Assembly: GCA_049695995.1 (NCBI GenBank)
Contig: JBAVTF010000115.1
Span: 1,669-65,668, forward strand
Reading direction: 5' to 3'
Source of the DNA: Pirellulales bacterium
GTDB lineage: Bacteria; Planctomycetota; Planctomycetia; Pirellulales; UBA1268
Length of the DNA stretch: 64,000 bases
This document shows, one piece after another, positions 8,923-20,981 of this stretch (position 1 is its first letter; the number at the start of each line of letters is the position of its first letter). The notes below the pieces were generated by a model that worked only from the letters and a program-made list of their open reading frames with translations, was not told the origin of the DNA and did not search any database. Made by a program: the position numbers and the translations under genes.

Positions 8923-9657
8923 ATGGCCCGGTTTCTCACCGCCCTGCCGGTCTACAACGAGGTCGCTCACGTAGGGGGTGTGCTCGACGAGGTGCTCGCC
9001 ATTACGCCCGACGTTCTCGTGGTGGATGACGGCTCCACCGACGGCACGTCCGACCTGCTCGCCGCCCGTCGCGACGTGCGGGTCGTGCGGCATGCGGCCA
9101 ATGCCGGCTACGGCGCCGCACTGGCGACGGCATTTCGCGAGACGCTGGCCGGCCCCTGGGACGGACTCGTGACGATCGACTGCGACGGCCAGCATCAGCC
9201 GCGGCTGATCCCGGAATTCGTGGCGGCATGCACCGACGGCACCGCCGATCTCGTAAGCGGAAGCCGATACCTCCAGCGTTTCCCCGGCGACAGCGAGCCG
9301 CCGGCGGCGCGGCGGCGGATCAATGCCGAGATCACGGCCGAGATCAACGGGCGGCTCGGGCTGACCCTGACTGACGCCTTCTGCGGGTTCAAGGCCTACT
9401 CGCGACGGGCTCTTGAATCGCTGGCCATCACAGAGACCGGCTACGCGATGCCCCTCGAGGTCTGGGTGCAGGCCGCGGCAGCCGGGCTGCGGATCGTGGA
9501 GTTGCCCGTGCCGCTGCTGTATCTCGATCTGGCGCGGAGTTTCGGGGGCGCACTGGACGATGCCGCGACCCGTCTGGCCTATTATCGCCGCGTGCTCGAC
9601 CGGGCCGAGGCGGCTGTCGCCATCGATGCGGTCGTCGGCACACACGCGGCGTCCTAA
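8923..9657 (+). CDS. Family 2 glycosyltransferase (Dpm1/polyprenol-phosphate glycosyltransferase-like)
   Basis: The pattern is LPVYNE...VVDDGSTDGT...ANAGYGAA...DCDGQH. The start could be ATG 8923 or ATG 8905. Confidence 0.8.
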   Translation: MARFLTALPVYNEVAHVGGVLDEVLAITPDVLVVDDGSTDGTSDLLAARRDVRVVRHAANAGYGAALATAFRETLAGPWDGLVTIDCDGQHQPRLIPEFVAACTDGTADLVSGSRYLQRFPGDSEPPAARRRINAEITAEINGRLGLTLTDAFCGFKAYSRRALESLAITETGYAMPLEVWVQAAAAGLRIVELPVPLLYLDLARSFGGALDDAATRLAYYRRVLDRAEAAVAIDAVVGTHAAS

Positions 9658-9715
9658 AGGCCGCTGGGCATTCCGCAGCCCCAATCCGCAGCCCCGAGGG
9701 GTCTCGTTTCACGCA

Positions 9716-11377
9716 ATGCCTCCGTTTCGCCGCACCCATCGGGCTCCGGATGCGACCGGGGCGAAGATCATCGACCCGCCCGTGCGGGGTTCGGCCGACG
9801 GCTTGGGTGGATCGATCGAGGCCCTCGTCGACAACAACCGACTCCTGCGGGCCGCGTTCGACACGCGGATCGGAGACCTCAAGCTCTGGGAACTCGTCGC
9901 GGCGACCCGCCGCGAGGTGCTCACGGTGGCCGCGGAATACTCGCGCAGCTACCGCGACATCGTGCGGCCTGACAACGTGGCCGAGTGGATCGCACGGCCG
10001 ATCATCATGGGGGGGCACCAGCCCGATCTCTTCCATCCGGGCGTGTGGCTCAAGAATGCCGCGCTCGATGCCTATGCGCGGCAGGTGGGCGGCACGGCCC
10101 TCAACATCGTGGTCGATTCCGACCGCTGCGCCCGCGCGACCATCGCCGTGCCCGTGGGCACGCCGCGGGAGGCGCGGCTCGAGCACGTGCCCTTCGATGC
10201 CATGGCGCCGGAGATGGCCTGGGAGGAGCGGGGCATCCTCGACGAAGACTGCTTCGACTCGTTCGGCGACCGGGCGAGCGATCTGCTCGCACCGCTGGTC
10301 CCCGATCCCATCCTCAGGCGGTGGTGGCCGCTGGCGATCGAGCGGGCCTGCGAGTCGCACCGGCTCGGGCTGGCGATCGCGCAGGCGCGTCACATCCTGG
10401 AGGAGCGGTTCGGCCTCGAGACGCTCGAGTTGCCCGTGAGCGAGATGATGCGACTGCCCACCGTGATGGTGTTCATGGGCTGGCTGCTCGCCCACGCCCG
10501 GCCGCTTCACGAGGCCTACAACGCGTCGCTGGCCGCCTATCGCCGCGAGCACCGCGTGCGCGGCCGGGGTCGGCCGATGCCCGACCTGGCCGTTCGCCAC
10601 GATGCGTCCGGGGAATGGCTCGAGGTGCCGTGGTGGCTCTGGTCGCGGGACGATACCCGCCGCCGGAGGGTCTTCGCCCACACCACGCCCGACGTGCTCG
10701 CGCTCTCCGACATGGAGACCCTGCGCGTCGAACTGCCGATCGCCCCGGACATTTCCCCGTCGAAGTGGATCGACGCCCTCTCGCGGATGGAGGAGCACGG
10801 CCTGCGGCTGCGGCCCCGGGCCATTCTCACCACGCTCGTCTCACGGGTGCTCGTGGCCGACGTGTTCGTGCATGGCATTGGCGGCGCCGCCTACGACCGG
10901 ATCACCGACGACATCGTGCGGCGGCTCACCGGTTGCGATCCGCCGCGGCACGCCGTCGTGTCGGGCACGCTGCGGTTGCCGATCGAGCGGGCGTTTCCCG
11001 GGTTCGACGCCGATGATCCGGAGGCCAAGCTGGCGGCCCTGCAGCGCCAGATTCGCGACATCGAGTTTCATCCGGAGACGTTCCTCGAGCCGCTCGCCGC
11101 GCAGTCGCACGAGGTCCGCGATCTCGCGCTGGAAAAGCGCCGCTGGGTCGACACGTTTCCGACGCCGGCCCTCGCGAAGCGGCGGTGTCGCGAGATCCGC
11201 GCGGCCAACGAGCGGATGGTGTTTCACGCCCGCGATGTCAAAGACGGCCTGCTTGCCCGCGTCGGCCCGCTTGCCGCCGCAGTGCGGGCTCGAAAGCTGT
11301 TGGCGGCGCGTGACTATCCCTGGTGTTTTTACGCGGAAAAGACGCTGAAAAGTTTCCTGCTACTGGAATCCGGCTGA
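9716..11377 (+). CDS. Hypothetical 553-aa protein, possible distant BshC-like (cysteine-ligase family) protein
   Basis: The ATG at 9716 follows the GT2 stop. Two motifs parallel BshC. IMGGHQPDLFHPGVWLKN matches V.GGQQAGLLTGPLYT..K. RPRAILTTLVSR.LVADVFVHGIGGAAYD matches RPL.QE.L.PT.AFIAGPGE.NYW. The length is similar to BshC (about 540 aa). Confidence 0.55.
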   Translation: MPPFRRTHRAPDATGAKIIDPPVRGSADGLGGSIEALVDNNRLLRAAFDTRIGDLKLWELVAATRREVLTVAAEYSRSYRDIVRPDNVAEWIARPIIMGGHQPDLFHPGVWLKNAALDAYARQVGGTALNIVVDSDRCARATIAVPVGTPREARLEHVPFDAMAPEMAWEERGILDEDCFDSFGDRASDLLAPLVPDPILRRWWPLAIERACESHRLGLAIAQARHILEERFGLETLELPVSEMMRLPTVMVFMGWLLAHARPLHEAYNASLAAYRREHRVRGRGRPMPDLAVRHDASGEWLEVPWWLWSRDDTRRRRVFAHTTPDVLALSDMETLRVELPIAPDISPSKWIDALSRMEEHGLRLRPRAILTTLVSRVLVADVFVHGIGGAAYDRITDDIVRRLTGCDPPRHAVVSGTLRLPIERAFPGFDADDPEAKLAALQRQIRDIEFHPETFLEPLAAQSHEVRDLALEKRRWVDTFPTPALAKRRCREIRAANERMVFHARDVKDGLLARVGPLAAAVRARKLLAARDYPWCFYAEKTLKSFLLLESG

Positions 11378-11437
11378 AAATCCGCCTATCTTGTCGCGCA
11401 ACGGACTGATTCGATTGCCCCAGGGAAAGGAGGCACC

Positions 11438-13039
11438 ATGCAGCGGAGTCAACGCACGCATTCGAGGGCCGATGCGACGGCGGTCAAGCGGCCGAAGTCG
11501 AAGCCACAACTGAAGATCCGTGCCGGAACCGGCGGCACGGCAGCGGCAGGGACGGTCGGCCCTGCCCGTGACCAAGCGGGTGCGAAGACCTCCGAAAAAA
11601 TCCGCCTGGCCGCGAGTACGATTGCCGACGCGGAAAGTGTCGCCTCCATCGAGATCCGCCCGTCCGGCACGGTCGTCAGCCGGCGGCCCATCGCAGCCCC
11701 CCAGCGGACGCCCGTGCTTCACGTGCCGGTGCAGTCTGCGGTGCCTGCGGCTCCCCCTGCATGGATGCTCGAGGAATGTCACGTCGCTCCGGCTCGCGCC
11801 GGCGATCAGAGCGAGATTTTGCAGCTGCTGGCGGGGCTGCCGGCTCCCCCCTCGCGGGCCGAGTTTCACGCGGCAGTCGATCATCCGGATCACGACTCCG
11901 CCAATCGGCTCGTCGCTCGGCTGGCCGGCCGCATCGTCGGGCATGTCGAGGTCGTGCCGCGCGACATCAAGCTCGGGGCCATGGTGCCGGGCACGGCCGA
12001 TGGTGCCACTGTCCGCGGCGCCGTCATCGACCGCGTCGCTGTGCTGCCCGAATGCCGCGGCGCGGGCCACGGCCAGCGGCTCGTGCGGGCGGCGGAAGAC
12101 CGCATGCGGCAACTCGGCGCGGTCGTCGCTTTCTCCCGCACGCGGATCGCCCCTTCGTTTCGCGAACTGGGCTGGAGCGTGCTTGGACGTGACTGTGCGA
12201 CGCCGGGCCGTCCTGCGGAAATCCTCTCACGACTGCTCGAGGGAGCGCAGCGCGGTGGCGAGCCCGTGACGATGCGGCAGTGGCGGCATGTCGAGCTGCC
12301 GGCGATTCTGCGCATCTACCGGCAGAACGCCGCCCGGTTCGTCGGTCCGCTCGACCGCAACGAGAACTACTCCCGCTGGCTGGTGAGCCGCGGGGCGTTC
12401 GACTCGATCCTCGTCGCCTTGGTGGGCCAGGATCGCTACGAGCTGCATGAGACGACGGCCCGGATCGTGGGCTATTGCGTGCAGGCTGGTCACCGCGTGC
12501 TCGAGATCATGGCCGACCCCGAGTTTCCGGGGCTCGAGCGGGAGATCCTCGCCCGTGTGTGCAGCGAGGCGATCGAGAACGACCGCCAGGAGATCGTCTA
12601 CGAATCGCATGCCTCCGACCCGCTGCATGCGGCCGTCACCGGCGGCGACAGCCTGGTGCAGAGCGGCGATCGGATGATCGTGGCCAAGGTGCTGCGGCCG
12701 GCCGAACTGCTCGAGGCGCTCGTGCCGGCGGTGGCTGCCCGGGCTGCCGAGGCGGGCATCCGCGAAACGGTCGAACTGGGCCTCGAGGCCCCTGGCTTCC
12801 GCGGCTCGGTGGTGGTCGCCGACGGCAAGGCCGTCGCGCATGCGGGCCGGGTGGGACGCAGCTATCTGAAGCTCGCCGACGACGAACTGGCGCGGCTCCT
12901 CCTCGGCCAGTGCGATCCGGTGGAGGCTGCGGCTGCGGGTCGACTCGAGGCCTCGACCCAGATCGCGCTCAAGCTTGCCGCGCAGCTCTTTCCGCGGACG
13001 CCGCTCTGGTGCCCGATGTGGGACGACCTTCCCGCGTGA
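11438..13039 (+). CDS. GNAT N-acetyltransferase, Eis-like (GNAT plus SCP2-like C-terminal domain), with a 100-aa low-complexity N-terminus
   Basis: A strong SD (GGAAAGGAGG) lies 4 nt before the ATG. The GNAT core is RVAVLPECRGAGHGQRLVRAAE. The C-terminal pattern (LLLGQCDP...AAGRLEAS...LF) resembles the Eis sterol-carrier domain. An alternative start is ATG 11765. Confidence 0.7.
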   Translation: MQRSQRTHSRADATAVKRPKSKPQLKIRAGTGGTAAAGTVGPARDQAGAKTSEKIRLAASTIADAESVASIEIRPSGTVVSRRPIAAPQRTPVLHVPVQSAVPAAPPAWMLEECHVAPARAGDQSEILQLLAGLPAPPSRAEFHAAVDHPDHDSANRLVARLAGRIVGHVEVVPRDIKLGAMVPGTADGATVRGAVIDRVAVLPECRGAGHGQRLVRAAEDRMRQLGAVVAFSRTRIAPSFRELGWSVLGRDCATPGRPAEILSRLLEGAQRGGEPVTMRQWRHVELPAILRIYRQNAARFVGPLDRNENYSRWLVSRGAFDSILVALVGQDRYELHETTARIVGYCVQAGHRVLEIMADPEFPGLEREILARVCSEAIENDRQEIVYESHASDPLHAAVTGGDSLVQSGDRMIVAKVLRPAELLEALVPAVAARAAEAGIRETVELGLEAPGFRGSVVVADGKAVAHAGRVGRSYLKLADDELARLLLGQCDPVEAAAAGRLEASTQIALKLAAQLFPRTPLWCPMWDDLPA

Positions 13040-13044
13040 CCTGC

Positions 13045-14790
13045 CTACCGGCCGCGGGCGCCGGCGAGCCACTCGTCGGCCCAGGTGCGGACGGCCTCGA
13101 CGCCCTTGCGGTGGCAGAAGTCACCGAGCGTCTCGCCTGACTTCCGCTCCGTCTTATAGCAGGCGAGTACGGCGGTGAGCTCACCGCACAGGTTCTCGAA
13201 CGGCACCACGTCCTTGTATTGCGTGTTGAGCCGATCGCCGAGCAGTCGGCCGCCGAGGAAGATCGTGTACTTACCGGCCGTGCGGCCCACGATGCCGATG
13301 TCGGAGTTGTAGGGCCGGGCGCAGGCGTTGGGGCAGCCGGTCATCCGGAGTGTGAAGGCGTCGTGCGTGAGTCCTAGCTTGGCCACCTCCGGCTCAAGCG
13401 AATCGATGAGACCGGGCAGCACCCGCTCGCTCTCCGCGACCGCGAGTCCGCAGGTGGGCAGGGCCACGCAGGCCATGCTCCAGCGACGGAGCGTGCTGAT
13501 CTCCTCCGATGTCTTCACCCCACAGGCGTGGAGGATGTCGGCGATCCGCACGCGGTCGGTCGCCGCGAGGTCGGTGAAGAGCAGGCTCTGGTGCGACGTG
13601 ATCCGCACGCCGGGCTGGATCTCCCGGAGGATCCGTCGGATGGCCGTCTTGAGGCGGAAGTCGCCGGTATCGTGAACGCGGCCGTTCTCCACGTTGAAGC
13701 CGTAGAAGAATTTCCCGTCGCCCTGCTCGAACCAGCCGATGTGGTCGTCGAAGCCATGCACGTCGGCCGGATGGCAGGGGGCGAGCGGCTTGCCGAAGTA
13801 CTCCTCCACCTTGGCCCGGAAGTTCTCCAGACCCATCGTGTGGATCGTGTACTTGAGCCGGGCCGTCTTGCGGTCGGAACGGTTGCCGAAGTCGCGTTGC
13901 ACCTTCACGATCGCCTCGGCGATCGGCAGCACGTCTTCCGGGGTCACAAAGCCGAGCCGCTTCGCGAGCGCCGGAAACGTCTTGGCGGCGCTCGGCGTCA
14001 CGCCCATGCCGCCGCCGGCCAGCACGTTGTAGCCGAGGATCTTTCCCTGCTCGTGCACGACGATGAAGCCCAGGTCGTTGGCGTAGACATCGACGCAGTT
14101 GTCCTCGGGCAGCGCAAAGGCTGTCTTGAACTTCCGGGGGAGGTAGGTCGGGCCGTAGATGGGCTCGATCACATCCGGGCCGCCGGCCACCCGTGATTGC
14201 TCGCCGGTGTCGGGGTCGGTGAGCCAGATCTCGTAATAGGCCCGCGTCCGGGGAGCGAGGTGCTTGGCGAGCTCGTCGAGCTTGGCCTGCATCTGCTCGC
14301 GGACCGTGTCGCCCTTGATCGGTGCCGGGCAGCACATGATGTTGCGCTCGACGTCGCCGCAGGCGGCGAGCGTGGTCATCTGGTTGGCGTGCACCCGCTG
14401 CATGAAGTCCTTGAGTTCACCCTTGACGACGCCGTGGTGCTGGATGGCCTGTCGCGTCGTGAGCCGGATGGTGCCGTTGCCCAGCTCGTCGCCCATGTCG
14501 ATCGCCGACAGCAGCTGCTCGGCGGTGAGCTTCCCGCCCGGTACGCAGGTGCGGATCATGAACGAGATCTGCCGCTCGCTCTTCTTGCCGTCCACGGCCT
14601 TGCGGGTCTCGCGGTCGTCCTGCTGATAGGTGCCGTGGTTCTTGAGCAGCTGGACCGACGGCTTGCCAAACCCCGGCAGCCCGTCGGCGAGTTCCTTGGC
14701 GATGTCGCCCCGGAGGAAGTTGCTGGCGGTCTTGGCGACCTCCACGGCGGACGGTTTGGGGGCGGCACCGGCGGGCGTTTCGTCGGACAT
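13045..14790 (-). CDS. cysI: Assimilatory sulfite reductase hemoprotein (CysI/Sir family)
   Basis: The similarity pattern to CysI runs end to end (NFLRGDIAKEL, HGTYQQDDRE, YLPRKFKT). The siroheme-4Fe4S Cys motifs are MACVALPTCGLAVAESER and TGCPNACARP. Confidence 0.9.
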   Translation of the reverse strand: MSDETPAGAAPKPSAVEVAKTASNFLRGDIAKELADGLPGFGKPSVQLLKNHGTYQQDDRETRKAVDGKKSERQISFMIRTCVPGGKLTAEQLLSAIDMGDELGNGTIRLTTRQAIQHHGVVKGELKDFMQRVHANQMTTLAACGDVERNIMCCPAPIKGDTVREQMQAKLDELAKHLAPRTRAYYEIWLTDPDTGEQSRVAGGPDVIEPIYGPTYLPRKFKTAFALPEDNCVDVYANDLGFIVVHEQGKILGYNVLAGGGMGVTPSAAKTFPALAKRLGFVTPEDVLPIAEAIVKVQRDFGNRSDRKTARLKYTIHTMGLENFRAKVEEYFGKPLAPCHPADVHGFDDHIGWFEQGDGKFFYGFNVENGRVHDTGDFRLKTAIRRILREIQPGVRITSHQSLLFTDLAATDRVRIADILHACGVKTSEEISTLRRWSMACVALPTCGLAVAESERVLPGLIDSLEPEVAKLGLTHDAFTLRMTGCPNACARPYNSDIGIVGRTAGKYTIFLGGRLLGDRLNTQYKDVVPFENLCGELTAVLACYKTERKSGETLGDFCHRKGVEAVRTWADEWLAGARGR

Positions 14791-14923
14791 GGCGGGCGGG
14801 GTTTTCTTGCGGGAAGATTGGGAAAATCAGCCTCTTAAAGGATAGTAGATCGACACTTCGGCGGCGATACGGACTCCAGGCCCGAAACCGGGCAGACAAA
14901 ACCCCGGGTGTCGCGGCCCCTCG

Positions 14924-15496
14924 GTGCATGGGCCGGCGAGAATCGGCGGCGGAGATTCACGGGTGGCATCGACGCTTGCAGACGCGCTGGCCGCAGGTGA
15001 CCCCGAGGCGTTCGCCGCGCTCTACGACCGGCTGGCAGTGCGTCTGTTCAACACGGCCCGCACGCTGACGTCGGCAGCCGATGCCGAGGACATTGTGCAC
15101 GACCTGTTCGTGGAACTGGCGAGATCGCGGAAGCGGCTGTGCGGTGTGATCGATCTGGAGGCCTACGTGTTCACGATGCTCAGGCATGCCGTCAGCCGCC
15201 GCCGTCGGCGGTTCGCCATCGATCGCAAGGCCGTCGGCCGGATCGCCGCTGAGCGGCTGCGGGCTGGCGGGTCAGGTGAGTCGCCACCGCGGCTTCCCGA
15301 TGACGAGCTCGCGGCAGCCGTGGCCGCGCTCCCTGTCGAGCAGCGGGAGGTCATAGCCTTGAAAATCGACGGCGGGCTCACATTCGCCGAGATCGCGGCC
15401 GTGATGCACACGAGCCTCAACACGGCGGCAAGCCGCTACCGCTATGCGTTGGAGAAACTGCGAGCCTCTCTCGCGACGGAGGAGCTACCGCGATGA
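14924..15496 (+). CDS. ECF-type RNA polymerase sigma factor
   Basis: Region 2 is AFAALYDRL...EDIVHDLFVEL. Region 4 HTH is LTFAEIAAVMHTSLNTAASRYRYALEKLR. The start is GTG. Confidence 0.8.
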   Translation: MHGPARIGGGDSRVASTLADALAAGDPEAFAALYDRLAVRLFNTARTLTSAADAEDIVHDLFVELARSRKRLCGVIDLEAYVFTMLRHAVSRRRRRFAIDRKAVGRIAAERLRAGGSGESPPRLPDDELAAAVAALPVEQREVIALKIDGGLTFAEIAAVMHTSLNTAASRYRYALEKLRASLATEELPR

Positions 15497-15960
15497 CTGA
15501 CCGACTCGATCCTCACTTGGCCGCGATCGAGCAGCGCCTGGAACGCGCGTCGCTGCAGACAGCAACGCCGGACCTACGACGACGCGTGCTCGCGTCCGTC
15601 GCTGATGTCCTGCACGAAAACGTCCACGAAAAGGAAAAGGTGCCAGCCACCAAATCTGGGTGGCTTGAGGGAGGAGGCTTGCTATCTTCTCCAGATGTGG
15701 TGGCTGGCACCTTTTTCTTGGCTGCTACGGCTGCGGTTCTCTGGCTCGTCGTGGGCTCGCCGCCACTGCCATTCGCGCCGCTGACGCTCGAAGACCGCGC
15801 CCGGATCGCGGGGGTAAATCACGAGCTGCTCGGTGTGTTCCTGGCCGACGGCGACGTCGCCGACCCCCGACCGCGATCAATGCGTGCCAGCAACGCTCCA
15901 CCGCACCCGGACACACTTCGCGTGATCGACGGACACCGACTCCTTCAGGAGACCCTTTGA
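15493..15960 (+). CDS. Putative anti-sigma factor (single-pass membrane protein)
   Basis: Its start overlaps the sigma factor stop (ATGA). It has one TM segment (VVAGTFFLAATAAVLWLVVG). This position is typical for a cognate anti-sigma factor. Confidence 0.5.
   Translation: MTDRLDPHLAAIEQRLERASLQTATPDLRRRVLASVADVLHENVHEKEKVPATKSGWLEGGGLLSSPDVVAGTFFLAATAAVLWLVVGSPPLPFAPLTLEDRARIAGVNHELLGVFLADGDVADPRPRSMRASNAPPHPDTLRVIDGHRLLQETL
15631..15719. repeat. Near-perfect 29-nt inverted repeat (31-nt spacer) inside the anti-sigma CDS
   Basis: Arm 15631-15659 pairs with arm 15691-15719. I counted 27 Watson-Crick pairs, 1 G-T pair and 1 mismatch by hand. Confidence 0.9.
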
Positions 15961-17645
15961 TGGGGCATGTCATGTTCTATCTGGCCGTGATCGCGGCCTG
16001 CCTGCTCTGGTCGGCCGCGTTCGTCGCCGCCGCGGCCCGCACGGAGCGTCCCCGGCTCCGCCGGCTCCTCGCGGCCGTGGCCGTCATCATTCCGCCGCTT
16101 GCCCTGGGGCCGTGGGTGGGGCTCACGGGCGTGCTCGCCTTCGGCGCGAAACTCACGACAAACTGGTTCTTGCCCACACTGTTTGCATTCGTGTCGGCGA
16201 TCGTCGGCGGACTGTGGATTCGCAGTGCCGGCCTGATACCGGCGGTGTCCGGGAGGCCTTTCGCGGCGACGTGGCCGGCCGTCGGGCTGGCGGCGATGTT
16301 CGTTATGGCGAAGGCGATCGCGTTCGGCACGCTGCTCTTCATCGACAACGCCGTCGCCGCGAAAGGCCGTGCACTCCGCGTCGAGGCGGCGCAGCTCATG
16401 CAGGCGAACCTGCCGCTGGCAACCGCGCCTGATGGCGATGCGGCACCACTCTACCTGCGGGCTTTCGAGGCGATCGCAGCTGATCCGTCGCTCGGCGGTA
16501 AAGACTCACCATTGTCACAGCCCGTCACGGCCGACGTCACCTCGCCCCGAGTCACCGAACTCCTCGCCCGCCATGCCGCCACGCTCGAACTGCTACGGCA
16601 GGCCACCGACCGGCCCGGGTGCCGCTTCCAGCGCGACTGGACTCGGCCATCGATCTCCATGGTGTTGCCTGAGGTGCAAGAGATGCGGCAGGCCGCGCGG
16701 CTTCTCGCGCTCGCTGCCCGCCGCGCGATGGCCGACGGTGACGCGGCCGCCGCGCTGCGTGATGTCGTACGAATCCATCGCGTCGGCATACACGCCTCCG
16801 GCGAACCGATCCTGATCTGCGGCCTCGTCGGTCAGGCGATCGACACGCTCGCCCTCCAGACCCTCGCCGGCGTGCTCCCGAGGCTCGAGCAGCAGGACCT
16901 GCCGCTTCTCGACCAGCCCGCCGTAAGCGATTTCCTGGGAACGCCGCTCTCGTACCAGAGACACTTTCTCGGGGAGGAGGCGTTCGGGCTCGCCACGTTC
17001 GGCGATCTCGCGGATGGTCGTCATGGGATATACAACCTGGTCCTGCTCAACGCGTTGGGCGATCGTTCCGGTTCTTCGGCAAGCGAATGGTTCCTGGCCG
17101 AACCGGTCTCGTTTCTCTACCGTTGCTTCCTGCTCCCGGCCGACCTGGCCGTTTACCGGGCCCACATGGAAGGTCACCAACGATTCATTGCCCGCAGCGT
17201 GACCGGCAGGTCCCCTTCCGAATTCGCCACTCAACGAGGGGAGGTCGCCGATGAGTCCAGCCTGCGCCGTGCGGGACTCATCACGTCGGCCATGGCACCG
17301 GCCCTTGCGAACGCCCTGCAGTCTGAAATGAAAGGCCGGGCCCTCCACCGCGCGGCGGAAGTTCTCGTGGCGGCCACCCGCGCGCGACTGGCGGGGGGCA
17401 CGCTTCCCGACACGGTCGATGCACTCGTGCCCGGGCGTCTGCCGGTCGTGCCCCGCGACCCCTTCGCGGACGGGAAACCACTGATCGCGAGGCGGGTCGG
17501 TAGCGTCTGGTCCGTCTACTCGGTCGGCCCCGACGGCGAGGACGACGGCGGGCCGCCGGCCGCGGGCGTCCAGCCGCCGGAGGGCAACGACGATGTCGGC
17601 CTGCGGATGCAGGTGTCGGCCGGCACGCCATTCGATGCGCCGTAA
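15960..17645 (+). CDS. Polytopic membrane protein with a large extracytoplasmic domain, hypothetical
   Basis: The ATG overlaps the upstream stop (TGATG). The first 130 aa hold 4-5 TM helices, and about 430 aa of soluble domain follow. It is the third gene of the ECF operon. Confidence 0.55.
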   Translation: MGHVMFYLAVIAACLLWSAAFVAAAARTERPRLRRLLAAVAVIIPPLALGPWVGLTGVLAFGAKLTTNWFLPTLFAFVSAIVGGLWIRSAGLIPAVSGRPFAATWPAVGLAAMFVMAKAIAFGTLLFIDNAVAAKGRALRVEAAQLMQANLPLATAPDGDAAPLYLRAFEAIAADPSLGGKDSPLSQPVTADVTSPRVTELLARHAATLELLRQATDRPGCRFQRDWTRPSISMVLPEVQEMRQAARLLALAARRAMADGDAAAALRDVVRIHRVGIHASGEPILICGLVGQAIDTLALQTLAGVLPRLEQQDLPLLDQPAVSDFLGTPLSYQRHFLGEEAFGLATFGDLADGRHGIYNLVLLNALGDRSGSSASEWFLAEPVSFLYRCFLLPADLAVYRAHMEGHQRFIARSVTGRSPSEFATQRGEVADESSLRRAGLITSAMAPALANALQSEMKGRALHRAAEVLVAATRARLAGGTLPDTVDALVPGRLPVVPRDPFADGKPLIARRVGSVWSVYSVGPDGEDDGGPPAAGVQPPEGNDDVGLRMQVSAGTPFDAP

Positions 17646-17770
17646 ACCCATGCCTTGCCGACGTTTACGCCGCGATCAGAAGTGCCGAGAGAATGCACGG
17701 GGCGGAATCCCGATATAGAATTGCGGGCGACCGGTTGATCCGGTGCCCTCCCGCCTTCGCGAGGTTCGCC

Positions 17771-20920
<3,150 letters not shown>

Positions 20921-20981
20921 AGCGATGACCGATCCCCCGGCTTGCGCCTCGGGGCTTGGATGAGGAACATCTGGAGGAGAG

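Noticed and set aside
9413-9715. The N-terminal extension of the 654-aa ORF, which overlaps the 3' end of the GT2 gene.
   Set aside because: It overlaps the well-supported GT2 coding region in another frame. The first ATG after the GT2 stop (9716) gives a clean gene junction.
9428-10798. A 456-aa minus-strand ORF, together with the other long antisense or alternate-frame ORFs in the track (603..1280, 2762..3838, 6710..7993, 44246..45076, 45228..46775, 47885..49120, 48280..49374 and similar).
   Set aside because: Each overlaps a better-supported gene on the opposite strand or in another frame and has a biased Arg/Pro/Gly/Ala composition. I treated them as artefacts of the high GC content.
11761-12192. 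Alternative-frame ORFs inside the GNAT gene, and the option of starting the GNAT at ATG 11765.
   Set aside because: A strong SD (GGAAAGGAGG) precedes ATG 11438, and the frame stays open throughout. I kept the long form and note the alternative start in the feature evidence.
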